A DNA stretch of 64,000 nt from Nemertoderma westbladi (Eukaryota; Animalia; Xenacoelomorpha), in NCBI GenBank assembly GCA_032718475.1, contig JAUCBJ010000577.1, forward strand, positions 1 through 64,000. Reading direction: 5' to 3'. The notes below the pieces were generated by a model, which ran no database searches, had not been told where the DNA came from, and saw nothing but the letters and a program-made list of their open reading frames with translations. The position numbers and the translations under genes were made by a program. Position 1 is the first letter of the stretch. Every line of letters begins with the position of its first letter. Positions 34,765 to 44,973 of this stretch are shown here, piece by piece.

Positions 34765-37365
34765 CTATTTCTTTTTCTGGTACGCCTTTCGTCTCTTCGC
34801 CCGTCGACTCTCATCGATCGCTATGGCTGGTAGAGGAGCGTCAACATCCATTGTGAGTAACGCTTCGGCTTGTCTCCTGGCGGCTCTTCCTTTCGAAGGC
34901 ATCGGGATCATGTCGGTTCGTCTTTCCAACTCGGAGTTGCGTGCCTCTAGGAACCATTCTCCGTCACCGAACTCCTCTTTATACGAGTATAATCGTCTAA
35001 TGACTTCGAATGGGCCGAATAATCCAGCGCTCAGTAGCAGATCCACGTAATGGAAAGGTAGCGTGGCCGACGTGTGGAGGCGTTCCGGGAAGGAGAAATA
35101 TCCGCACGCCATCTCCTGCGCGATATTCCGAGCGTTTCTCCGAAACTTGGTCTTTAAGTGGCTGTTTGCGTATGTCTCAAACATGACCATATTGCCCATA
35201 GCGGTTACGTCTTTGGTAGGACATTTGATATAGCAGCGGGGGCTAGCGGAATGTCCACGGAAACCGCACGTGGTGCAGAGGTTATAAAGGATCGGACAGA
35301 CCGAAACGTCGTGGCCCGATATCGCGCAGTATGGGCAATAGAGTATCCCGAGGAGCTGGAGGCAAGAATCGGTAACCCGATTCCTTCTGCCGCGTGGGCA
35401 CTGCTCCGAGCCGCAGTCGCCGCATACCTCCAACTGCGTTTCTCGACCGGGGAATATCGGAATCGGGACGCCGACGTAGTATTCGAGTCGTCGGTCGCTC
35501 TTCGGAATATTCTCGGTGGTCGGTAGCCCGCGGAATGCTAGGCTTTTGCGTAGTATGTTCTCGCTCCGATAACCCTCTTTGTGTCCCGCTGGTCTCAACT
35601 CGGATGACCGTTTCTGGCGGTGGATCCATTCAGTTTGCTCGGCGTACCAACGGGTTAGTCGCATAGGGTCCTGAGGAACGGCGGGTGTAGTAGCCACCGC
35701 TGGTCGGCGAAGAGGTGCCGGGGTTTTCGACGGAGGGATACCGAGGAGATCGTCGGGTGTCGGCGCATCGCTGGGGCCCTCCTCGACCAGTATCGCTGAG
35801 CGGGTCCGTTGGTGGCTGGTACTCGGAATCTCCGACGACCAATCTTCGCCGCCCGGGAAAGGATACGGGGATAACCGTTGGCATATGTCGCCGAAGTCGC
35901 TCAATGCAGCTGTAGTGGCTACCTCTCTCGCGGGGCTACCGGAGCCGCGTGGGGTGTAGACGCCTGCTCTCTTCATCGGTTCGGCCGAGGCAACCCGTTT
36001 GGCGGCCGGTCCGTACGCGGCCTCCGGCTCGAGTTGTCGCTTCGGGGTGGAGAGTAGAACACCCTCGTTTAGCCATATCTCTTCCCCTTCCGAGGAGATC
36101 AGAGGCTCCTCCGCACCGAGAAGTTCGGTAATCGTAGGGATGTCGTAAGGTCCGCTCTCGTCCCAGGAATCGATAACGGCGGGCGTTTTTGATTCTCCCG
36201 GTGTAATGTTCTCGACCGCTTTAAACGCATGGTTTATAACCTCGTTCCAGTCGTAGTCGACGAAGGAAAGGGGGGCCGCCGTAATAAGGTTATCGAGAGT
36301 TTTACAGATAAACTTAGCGACGGTGTAGCACTCCATAACGACGTAAACGTAGTTCCGTCGATCAGGATTCTCCCACCTTTGGTGTATCGTCCACTTCCGA
36401 TCAACGTCCTTCCATCGACCCTCTCGCTCGCTCTTTATTTCCAATCCCGGGTATCCACCGTATATTTTATTATAGTCCCGGAATTTCTGGGGTTTGAAGT
36501 CGATACCGCCGTTTAGCACAGCGAGGTAGCCGATTCCGGATTTCGTCGGTCTCACTTCTTGGAATCCTCGCATGAATTCGGCGAATCTTAACCAGGCTAG
36601 CAGCGTTTGAGTGTCGATGCAATGGCTAAGTGCGTTGAGGTCGTTTCGTCGGTTTCTTCCTGCGGGAGCGTTCGCGTAGTCGTTCCGGACGTCCGCCTTG
36701 ATATCCGACCCGATTTTAATGACGTCGAAGTCGAAGAGGATCTTTTGGATTTCCGGAGGCAGCAACCAGATCGCTCCGGCTGCCTGCACTTCCTGTCTGG
36801 GTGTCGGGAATATTCGGCACACCAGTACCAAACGATCCAGGGTTCCGAGGACGACGACTAAGGATCGACCATATTCTTTCGCCCCGTACTTTTCCTGGTA
36901 GTCGTCGCGGTTCTGGATAATCGATACGCGTTCCTCTCGAAGCGTCGCCGTACACTCCGACAGGTTTCCCCAGTGGGCGAGGTACGTACTCTTGTCGTCG
37001 ACGAAACTTTGACATCTCGCCAACGTAATCGCTTTCGATGTGGGCGTCGCATTTCCCTCGTTGTCGTAGATCAAACATCGGGATCTGTAGACGCTCTGCC
37101 GGAACGTTTCCCAAAATGACGAATCGTCCCCTCCGGTTGCCTTTGCGTTCCGAGTTCTTTTCAGTCTCGTACTAGCATCGGCTAACCGGAGGGCTCGTAG
37201 ATTCTTAGAATCCGGTCCCTCTCGCCCGGTGAATTTAATGACTCGCACGTTCTCATTTAGCAGGGTGCTCCAATTTGTATCAAAGTCAGGGGATCCGGGT
37301 TGCGAATATTCCAGTAGATCTATCGTGTTACGTAATTCGCCGATAATTTGGCGAACTGGGTCCAT
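34765..37365 (-). CDS. Accessory protein (866 aa): DEDDy/WRN-like 3'-5' exonuclease-like domain, disordered linker, zinc-knuckle module
   Basis: LIYDNEG (ExoI DxE), LPPEIQKILFDFDVIKIGSDIKAD (ExoII), CIDTQ, YVVME (ExoIII, D replaced by E); CPYC-x4-H-x4-C and CTTC-x4-H-x5-C; uninterrupted ATG-TAG ORF. Confidence 0.8.
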   Translation of the reverse strand: MDPVRQIIGELRNTIDLLEYSQPGSPDFDTNWSTLLNENVRVIKFTGREGPDSKNLRALRLADASTRLKRTRNAKATGGDDSSFWETFRQSVYRSRCLIYDNEGNATPTSKAITLARCQSFVDDKSTYLAHWGNLSECTATLREERVSIIQNRDDYQEKYGAKEYGRSLVVVLGTLDRLVLVCRIFPTPRQEVQAAGAIWLLPPEIQKILFDFDVIKIGSDIKADVRNDYANAPAGRNRRNDLNALSHCIDTQTLLAWLRFAEFMRGFQEVRPTKSGIGYLAVLNGGIDFKPQKFRDYNKIYGGYPGLEIKSEREGRWKDVDRKWTIHQRWENPDRRNYVYVVMECYTVAKFICKTLDNLITAAPLSFVDYDWNEVINHAFKAVENITPGESKTPAVIDSWDESGPYDIPTITELLGAEEPLISSEGEEIWLNEGVLLSTPKRQLEPEAAYGPAAKRVASAEPMKRAGVYTPRGSGSPAREVATTAALSDFGDICQRLSPYPFPGGEDWSSEIPSTSHQRTRSAILVEEGPSDAPTPDDLLGIPPSKTPAPLRRPAVATTPAVPQDPMRLTRWYAEQTEWIHRQKRSSELRPAGHKEGYRSENILRKSLAFRGLPTTENIPKSDRRLEYYVGVPIPIFPGRETQLEVCGDCGSEQCPRGRRNRVTDSCLQLLGILYCPYCAISGHDVSVCPILYNLCTTCGFRGHSASPRCYIKCPTKDVTAMGNMVMFETYANSHLKTKFRRNARNIAQEMACGYFSFPERLHTSATLPFHYVDLLLSAGLFGPFEVIRRLYSYKEEFGDGEWFLEARNSELERRTDMIPMPSKGRAARRQAEALLTMDVDAPLPAIAIDESRRAKRRKAYQKKK

Positions 37366-37904
37366 ATTTACGATTATATCCGTTACAAATTAGTTCAGTT
37401 AATTATAAGTCCAGAAAGTCTGAAACTATAGCGATAGCAGAATAATTCAGTTTTTTATTTAATTCAGTTTATTAAATAACATTGCTATATAGGCATCTAT
37501 CATCTTATTGCTAATACATTCAGCATTTACAGTTACTATAGCTATACATGATATCCAACCAGTTTTTTATGACTTTTTTGTCCTTTTTTTTCCAATTCTT
37601 TTCTTTGACCTTTTTTATACCTTTTTTTTGTCTTTTTTCATTTCATTATTATTTCATCTCATTTCATTTATTTCCACATATATTTCAACATTTATTTCCA
37701 CCATTTATTTCACATTTATTTATTTATTTCCACATCATCATTGGGTTTATAGCCCCCCGGCTATCATCATTGTTATAAGCGCAGCACCAGGGTGCGCATC
37801 ATTTCATTTTCATCAGTATACGCGTCATCATTCAGGTTTATAGTAGAGTTGTCTGATCCTTTTCATCGTTTCCAACTATATTCAATCATTTTCTTTGGTT
37901 AATC

Positions 37905-38340
37905 TTTGTCGTGGAAGGGGTGTTACGCGACAATCTGGGATCTACAGCTGGACTCGTTACACCGCCTACACCCCAAACTGCGCACGTAACGGACAATGAA
38001 GACGCTAGGAGTGAAGTCACGTGGATGCACCATGGACCCACCAGAATAACACTCCCAACAACATAAAGCTCAGTCGACGAAGTCATGTGGGATGGGGTTA
38101 CGCAACATTCTGGGATCTACAGCTGGACTCGTTACACCGCCTATGCCCCAAAATCCACGTAACGGTCCCACCAGAATAACGCGACTGAGAAACATAAAAC
38201 CCTCTATCGTCGAAGTCATGTGGATGCACCATGGACCCACCAGAATAACGGGATAGAGGGGGTGTTGCGCGGCAATCCGGGATCTACAGCTGGACTCGTT
38301 ACACCGCCTACGCCCCGAACTGCGCACGCAACGGACAACA
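37905..38340. repeat. Three ~170-bp composite repeats upstream of the accessory ORF
   Basis: GGGATCTACAGCTGGACTCGTTACACCGCCTA x3; GTGGATGCACCATGGACCCACCAGAATAAC x2 plus a partial copy. Confidence 0.85.
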
Positions 38341-38611
38341 TAACATACTGCAATGAATACAATGAATTCCACTTCAAATCTTTTCCATTTCCAATAATCC
38401 AATATCGTAGGTCCTGATGACCAAAATCAGGGTAAACTAAACATAAACGACCCTGCGTCAGTCGAAACATCTGCAGGGTGACGCTGGACTCCACATAACA
38501 CACGAGGAAACACAAATACCATTGCGTGGTTACAGTTGGTTTAAAGGGGGTCCATAATTCGTTGTCGATAAATCACAGTTTTATAAGAGTTTGTCAACAT
38601 GATGAGAAGGG

Positions 38612-39140
38612 TTACATGGGTTTGTAATTGTCACCAATGTCCACAGCAGGATCTTGAGTAGGGAACTTATCACCTCTTGTAGAATCACCACTGTCATTGC
38701 CTTCAAGAAGGCACAGCTTCTGGATAGGGCGTTGGTAGTGGCCCTTTGCCGTTCGTATCGTCACAGTCCTCGCAAGTCCGTCTTTGCTTGGGTGTATGGT
38801 CACGACCCGCGCCACAGGCCAGTGAACGCGGTCTTTGAGATCTTCTTTAACTAGTACCATGTCGCCAACTGCGACATTCCGGTAGGTGTTGTTCCATTTC
38901 CTCCTGGTCCGGAGGGTTATGAGGTACTCCTGGGCCCAAATTCTCCACCAATGCGCTGCCAACGCTTGGGCCTTTTTCCCGTTTGTATGTTTCGCGATCT
39001 CGCTGGGATCCGGGAACATGGTCTCTGGGAGAATGTGGGTTTTGGGTCTCCCCAGTAGGTGGTTAGGAGTGAGGGACTCAACTGAGGCGTTCGCCATCCG
39101 GGTATTACGGCAGATTAGTCCGTGCTCTCCCGTTAATGGT
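38612..39140 (-). pseudogene. Integrase C-terminal (DUF5641-like) remnant
   Basis: LTPNHLLG, WWRIWAQEYL..L..R.KW, GDMVLVKE, WPVARV, DGLARTV, RPIQKLCLL; out of frame with gag-protease. Confidence 0.85.
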
Positions 39141-42100
39141 GTCAATGTTATCAACGTCATTATTATCATCAACAATCTTATTAGCCACCCAAATCATGGG
39201 TACGCGCCAATGTCCGTCTTTGAACGTGGCCTGATCAAAAATGTTGGTACAATATTGATCTTCCTCGGACGGATTCTCGTCCTTCTCGGCAAACTCTCGG
39301 GTCTCCACATTAAAGCATCCGGTCATCTCCCGCTGGGTTCTCTCGGTTTCGAGAAATAAATCCTCATCGAGGTCTGTAGCTGAGCAATATCCCACGGAGG
39401 TTACATTCTCTTTAATCTGACATTTAGGAAGGTAGGTATAGGTGTCCGTAGTTTCCTCCTTAATGCCGCAGAGTGTCCATCCCATTATTGTTCGTTCAGC
39501 ATAAAATCCATCATCCTGGTTTATAGATCGAGCGATATCTCCGGTGGGGATGTGTAGTTCCGGTGTATCAAGTCCGATCAGTAGGGTGATACGGTTCACG
39601 TCCAACTGCGGACACCTCAGGTCTACATCGTCTCGGTCCAATTGTATGAGGGGGGCGTACTCGGCTGATTGTCGGAACCGCACCCGGAGGTCTGTGTGTA
39701 CCAAGGCGTTCTTGATGGTTAACTTAGCCGTTTCGTAGCCCTTCATCACTCCTTCCATCTGGAGTTGTACCTCCCCGGACTCTACTTCTCTGTTATCGGT
39801 GATGGTTTGTATGGGCCGTTTACAAGGTTCATATTCTAGGCCGAGTTGCTCGAGGAAGTCCCGGTCGATGATGGTTCCGTCAGACCCGTTATCGAGGAAC
39901 GCGAGTGTCGTTAAAGATTTGCCGACTCCTTGGATCCTTACTGGGATTACCTTTGCGAAAACCATGTAGCGGCGATTTATAAGATTAATCGTGGCCGAAA
40001 TATTGGTTACTTGTGGTGTATCGGTGGAGATTTTAAACGGGTTGGTTTCTCTCCGTTGGGTTGTCCGGGTTCCTTTGAAGATGTGGTTTGTTTCTCCTCT
40101 TCGCCTGGCTTCGATCCGAAAGGGGAGGGTAGTAAAATCGAAGTTCGCAGGGATGTGGAGGAGCGTGTGATGGCGTTGGTCGTTACAGACAGTACAGCAT
40201 GATCTTTGGTCGCACTCCCGAACATAGTGACCTGTTCCAAGACACCGGAAGCATCCTCGGTGTTTCATTATCGCCTCGAAGCGTGGGACGAGTTCGGCGA
40301 ACTGAAACTTTCTGCAGAATTCCACTTTGTGTTTCTCCCCACAGAAGAGACAGAGCAGGGAATTTGTGACGCCTTCCCTTTCGGGTGCCCAACTCGCGAG
40401 ATAACATGCCCATTCCTCGGCGGATGTCGGTTCCTCGTAGTCTTCGTCGTCGGAATCCTCGGCCATGGTAATGGCCATCGTACTTATCGGTGGGGGGCGG
40501 AATCTCGGTTTCGGAGGGGTTATCTTACTCCTGGAGTTGCTCTCTATTCCGTCCAACTTTGCGAGACTTTGTTTTGAAAACATCGAGTCATTCATGGCTT
40601 CGGAGATATCGTCCAGGAATGCCGACATTTCAAGGAAGCTAGGATCTCGATCTGGATGTCTGCGCCGGAGATCTACACATTTATAAGCCCACTTACTTTG
40701 TAGCCATCCGGGGAACTTCTTGGCGATCTGTCGGAGGTTTAGAATGTTGTTCACCTGGTCCTCCTTATTTAAGGGTTTCAGAGTATAATAGGCATCTTTC
40801 ATAGAGTCGGAGAATTCCTGTATGTTCTGTGGGTCCCCTAGTGATCCCGCGTCCTGTATCAGTCTCTCTAGAGTTTTATTAATTATAGTTCCGGTATTTC
40901 CGTATCTTTTGTCTAGAGTTTTCCATGCGTCATAGTATGCCTCATGAGAACCTCCTTCAAAACATGCAACAATTCTGCGTGGTTTGTCACCCAGGTATTG
41001 CGATAAATATACCAATTTCTGTGCGTCGGCTATGTCCGTTGATCCAATCTGCGCAAAGAACCGTTTCTTGAATCTGAGGTAATCGACGGGATCTCCTTCG
41101 AAGGTGCGAATCTCCATCTTCGGCATGGCAAGGCGGTTCTCCAACGCCCGGATGATGCTGACGTCATCTGAACTGGAGTGACTCGGAGGGTTATAGTTAT
41201 TGGCACTCACTCCCATTCTTGATGGATCAATAATAGGCGGAGTTTTAATAATGACGCGGCTGCGAGTTTGTGGTGTTGATGTAAATGGGTTGTTTGATCG
41301 GGGAGTGGCGTCCCGTTCCGAGTCCTTTTCAGGCTCGTACTTGGGTACACTCGCTGTCGTGGTGTTGGATGGGAAATAGGGTTCCTCATTCTTTAGCGTA
41401 GCCGGTGGGGGATGAAACACCGGAGCTTGTGCCGATAGCGTAGACTGTTTGGTAGGCGGGATCTCGAGTTTCGGAGGTTTCGTCACTGTTGGTGTAAATG
41501 ACTTTTCTAACTCCGGTATCGGAATTGGTTCATATTCCTGATCTATATCCCTTTCCCAGTCCTCGTAGAGTTGAATATCTCGTTCTATAAGTGCGGCCTC
41601 GTATTCCGCCAGTTTCGCAATATCTGCATTCTTTTTGTGAGTGAGAATCGCTTGGGCCTCGGCGTGTTGTTTACGCATTTCTGCTTCCCATTTACGTTGT
41701 TCGATCTCTTGTTTGGCCTCTCGTTCATGTTGTTCGATCTCTCGTTTGGCCTCTCGTTCACGTTGTTCGATCTCTCGTTTGGCCTCTTGTTCACGTTGTT
41801 CGATCTCTCGTTTGGCCTCTTGTTCACGTTGTTCGATCTCTCGTTGGGCCTCTTGTTCACGTTGTTCGATCTCCTGTCTGACCTCCTGTCTGCGTTGTTC
41901 GACCCGTCGTTCGACCTCTTGTTCGGCCTCTCGCTTTTGTGTTTCGGCGGCTAATACATCTTGCTCGGCTTGCAGTTGAATATACTCATCTTCCATCCGA
42001 GCTTTGAGGGCTAATGCCTTCCGTTCTCGCAGTTGGTCTCGGAGTGGCTGACCCCCTTGAGAGCTATGCGCTGAGCCGGATCTCTCGCTCCTAGCGCTGG

Positions 42101-42575
42101 AGTGCTGATTTCTAGCGGACCCCGTTCTTTTTCGATGTACTGCCGTCCTGATGCTGGAGGATCGTACTGATTCCGCGTCCGTTCTTTCAGCCCTCTGGTA
42201 GTACTGTTCCTCATAGCCTCTCACAAGGCTGAGGGTCCTCTGGTGTTGTTTGCGGAACCCATCTAGATGTACAACGTGTTCTTCCAACTTGGGGTAGTTT
42301 TCCTGATCGGTGGAGGGAACGAGATCTTGGTACGCCTGTATCATTCTTTCGTACCGCTGTAGGATATTTCGGATACTTTGAAGCTGAGTTTGTACCTCAT
42401 TGAGGGGGGTTTTGACTCCCTTGAGTTGTTTCTCCATCCGTTGATACGCTCGGGTTACTCCGCCTTTAAGGGCCCCTAACCGACGGGTCATGTTCTTGAC
42501 ATTTGGTACCTCGTCGGCTTCCGAGTCTGTGTGGTGATCCATCTCGTCGGTATCGGATACGTTATTTGTTGTCAT
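39105..42575 (-). CDS. gag: BEL/Pao Gag-protease (1156 aa), ending where RT should start
   Basis: MPKMEIRTFEGDP..F (DUF1759-like), three Cys/His knuckles ending HHTLLH, AFLDNGS protease, TIMGWTL; 11-aa coiled-coil repeats. Confidence 0.92.
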   Translation of the reverse strand: MTTNNVSDTDEMDHHTDSEADEVPNVKNMTRRLGALKGGVTRAYQRMEKQLKGVKTPLNEVQTQLQSIRNILQRYERMIQAYQDLVPSTDQENYPKLEEHVVHLDGFRKQHQRTLSLVRGYEEQYYQRAERTDAESVRSSSIRTAVHRKRTGSARNQHSSARSERSGSAHSSQGGQPLRDQLRERKALALKARMEDEYIQLQAEQDVLAAETQKREAEQEVERRVEQRRQEVRQEIEQREQEAQREIEQREQEAKREIEQREQEAKREIEQREREAKREIEQHEREAKQEIEQRKWEAEMRKQHAEAQAILTHKKNADIAKLAEYEAALIERDIQLYEDWERDIDQEYEPIPIPELEKSFTPTVTKPPKLEIPPTKQSTLSAQAPVFHPPPATLKNEEPYFPSNTTTASVPKYEPEKDSERDATPRSNNPFTSTPQTRSRVIIKTPPIIDPSRMGVSANNYNPPSHSSSDDVSIIRALENRLAMPKMEIRTFEGDPVDYLRFKKRFFAQIGSTDIADAQKLVYLSQYLGDKPRRIVACFEGGSHEAYYDAWKTLDKRYGNTGTIINKTLERLIQDAGSLGDPQNIQEFSDSMKDAYYTLKPLNKEDQVNNILNLRQIAKKFPGWLQSKWAYKCVDLRRRHPDRDPSFLEMSAFLDDISEAMNDSMFSKQSLAKLDGIESNSRSKITPPKPRFRPPPISTMAITMAEDSDDEDYEEPTSAEEWACYLASWAPEREGVTNSLLCLFCGEKHKVEFCRKFQFAELVPRFEAIMKHRGCFRCLGTGHYVRECDQRSCCTVCNDQRHHTLLHIPANFDFTTLPFRIEARRRGETNHIFKGTRTTQRRETNPFKISTDTPQVTNISATINLINRRYMVFAKVIPVRIQGVGKSLTTLAFLDNGSDGTIIDRDFLEQLGLEYEPCKRPIQTITDNREVESGEVQLQMEGVMKGYETAKLTIKNALVHTDLRVRFRQSAEYAPLIQLDRDDVDLRCPQLDVNRITLLIGLDTPELHIPTGDIARSINQDDGFYAERTIMGWTLCGIKEETTDTYTYLPKCQIKENVTSVGYCSATDLDEDLFLETERTQREMTGCFNVETREFAEKDENPSEEDQYCTNIFDQATFKDGHWRVPMIWVANKIVDDNNDVDNIDTINGRARTNLP

Positions 42576-42763
42576 TGTAACGCCTCGTCGATGGCTAGAT
42601 ACGCGATGTCGTAAAACAGTTCCTCGTAGGTATTGTACTCAGCTTGGACCACCCGAACAGTAATCCTGAATCGTCCAACGTTCGTTCCTTGTACCTCAAC
42701 TTCGACGTGCCAGATTCCTGGCTCAACTTGAATTATATCAATGGGTGTGATCGATACTTCCAT
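42572..42763 (-). CDS. Putative 63-aa upstream ORF overlapping the gag start (ATGA)
   Basis: ATG-initiated, protein-like composition; its TGA overlaps the gag ATG. Confidence 0.45.
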   Translation of the reverse strand: MEVSITPIDIIQVEPGIWHVEVEVQGTNVGRFRITVRVVQAEYNTYEELFYDIAYLAIDEALQ

Positions 42764-43014
42764 TCCCTGTTAACAACTCTCCAAATATGTGATCTGCCGA
42801 CTACGAGTTGGTTAGATCGAGTTTGTTGCTTAATTAAACCACGACTTTGTCTCAACTCAAATACCAGAGTTTCCTCGTAGTGGGTGCTGGCAAGCACGTA
42901 GAGAGTTTTTGAAGAGTATTGAAGGATTCTCAACTTCCACCAGTTGAAGTTGACCGTAATTATCCTTAATTTTGACACCCTGTCAAAATTAACCGCATGA
43001 ATTATTCTTAATTT

Positions 43015-44474
43015 TGTTGCCGTTATCCCAACACCAGGGGGGAAAAACGCTGATGCTGGAGACGTGACTTTACAGACCACTGAGTCCCGGCCAGTCACCG
43101 GATATTGATTTTGGAGAAGGAATGATTTCTGAGATGCAGGGTTGCGGTTGAGAAAAAGCTGCATTAGTTGGATATACTCTTTAATGTAACTGAACTCTGT
43201 TGAACCTTGTCAACAATATTGAACCCTGATTAAGAATAATTTTGGGCTTCCCCAAATCAATATACACCAAATATTCACAATAATTATACACGATAATATA
43301 AATCCCTACGGTATATTATTTAATAACCCACTGTTCGCTCAGAATTTTAGCCTACCTAATGTTCCCCAGATTTTCCCTCGGTCCCAGTCTTAGTGCCGTA
43401 GTGTCGGTGTCGGTCGACCCTGTCGCGTGTCTGTTCCACCCCTCACGAACCCCGAAGGGAACGATCATCGAGAACCAGCACGGCTTGGCTAAGGGTCGGT
43501 CCAGTCGGTAGACTCTGTCGCGTATCCGTACCACCGTACCGTCGGTTCATCACAGAAACCCAACCACCTAGGCTTTCCGAGTCCGTTTCAGGCTCGTAGT
43601 TGCTTCGGCAGCCGAGAAACTGCTCCGAACAGTCGGTAGGCCAGTAGAGTCTAGTCGAGTCTAGTCCTTTGTCTTTCGACCCCATCGCATGTCCGTTCCA
43701 CCTCTCACAAACCCCGAAGGGAACGATCATCGAGAACCAGTACGGCTTGGCTAAGGGGTCTGTCGTCGGTTCCCGTCGCAAATCCCAGTACAAGCAGTCA
43801 GCGTTCCGAGTTCTTTTCAGTCTCGTAGTAGCTGCCGTTGACCAGAGACCGCTAAGGGCAGTTCTCGTCAAACCCGTCCTGTGGCCAGCCCTTTCGCATG
43901 TCCGTCCCACCCCTCACAAACCCCGAAGGGATCGGTCATCGAGAACCAGTACGGCTTAGGTCAGGGGGCAGTCGTTAGTTGACCACCCGTTCGCGTGTCC
44001 GCTCCACCCCTCACGAACCCCGGGGTTCGATCATCGAGAACCAGAACGGCTTGGCTACTAAGGGGCCGTCGGTGCCCGTCGCAAATCCCTGACACAAGCA
44101 GTCAGCGGTCCGAGTTCTTTTCAGTCTCGTAATGGCTGCTGTTGGCCAGGGACCGCTAAGGGCAGTCCTTGTCCTTTAGGCCTGGCGCATTACCAAATCC
44201 ACCCCTACAGGCAGCAGGAAGTTGGCTAGGGCCTAATAGTACTCAGGCTAACCTGAATACTGCTTGCATTTTCCATCCCCCCTGGCCCTTATAACTATGA
44301 AATTATTCCCGTACCCTGTAAGTTGCCCCAAAGTTCGCCCATAAATCGCCCCCAGTTTATTGAATGTGCCCAAAACCCATGGTCCCGCACCCAGTAGTAA
44401 TATCGGAATAATCAATTTTAATAAAATACAAAAATATTCAACTCGCGTTATGGAAAGTTGAAATACCGCGAACA
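43015..44474 (-). repeat. 5' LTR of BEL element 2 (~1.46 kb; deletion across repeat units 2-3)
   Basis: Direct repeat of 32992-34599 with a deletion near 43533. Confidence 0.88.
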
Positions 44475-44973
44475 AGTCTCGCGCAGCTGCATAACCATGC
44501 AACATTTGAACGATCATATCTCAGCTATTTCAACGAAATTCAGATTGGGTTACATATTTGGAGTCCTTGCATTTCCAGCTTTCTAACAGTACCAACAAAT
44601 CATTATACTTTGAAGAATAACTGCGGTGTAACTGGTGTAATGTCGCTGGAGACACCTTTTTTTAAACGCTTGTTGCTAAAGATTGAAAGCAAAAATAAAA
44701 ATCACCCAGTCAGTAGTGGTCGGGAGGTGAAACTATCTCTGTTTCAAATTTCATGCAATCTCGTAAGATTTGTAAAATTTGGGGAAGGAGGGGAGGGGAG
44801 GGGGGGTGGGGCCATGTACCTGAATAACGACACTATTCCAGTACATGGTGTGTATATATGACACGGGTAACATTTATTTGATTGTATATCTCTAATTTAA
44901 CTCACGCCGTATCCGTGTGCGACTAGTTATTTTTTATTTAATTATTTTACTTTTAATTTTTTATATATTTCAG

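Larger units (their letters stand above)
32992..44474 (-). mobile_element. BEL/Pao LTR retrotransposon 2, internally deleted, with long LTRs and accessory gene
   Basis: TGTT...AACA direct repeats, PPT at 34600-34610, Pao gag-protease, DUF5641 remnant; no RT, RNase H or integrase core. Confidence 0.92.

Noticed and set aside
34765-37365. env gene
   Set aside because: No signal peptide, TM segment or fusion-protein features
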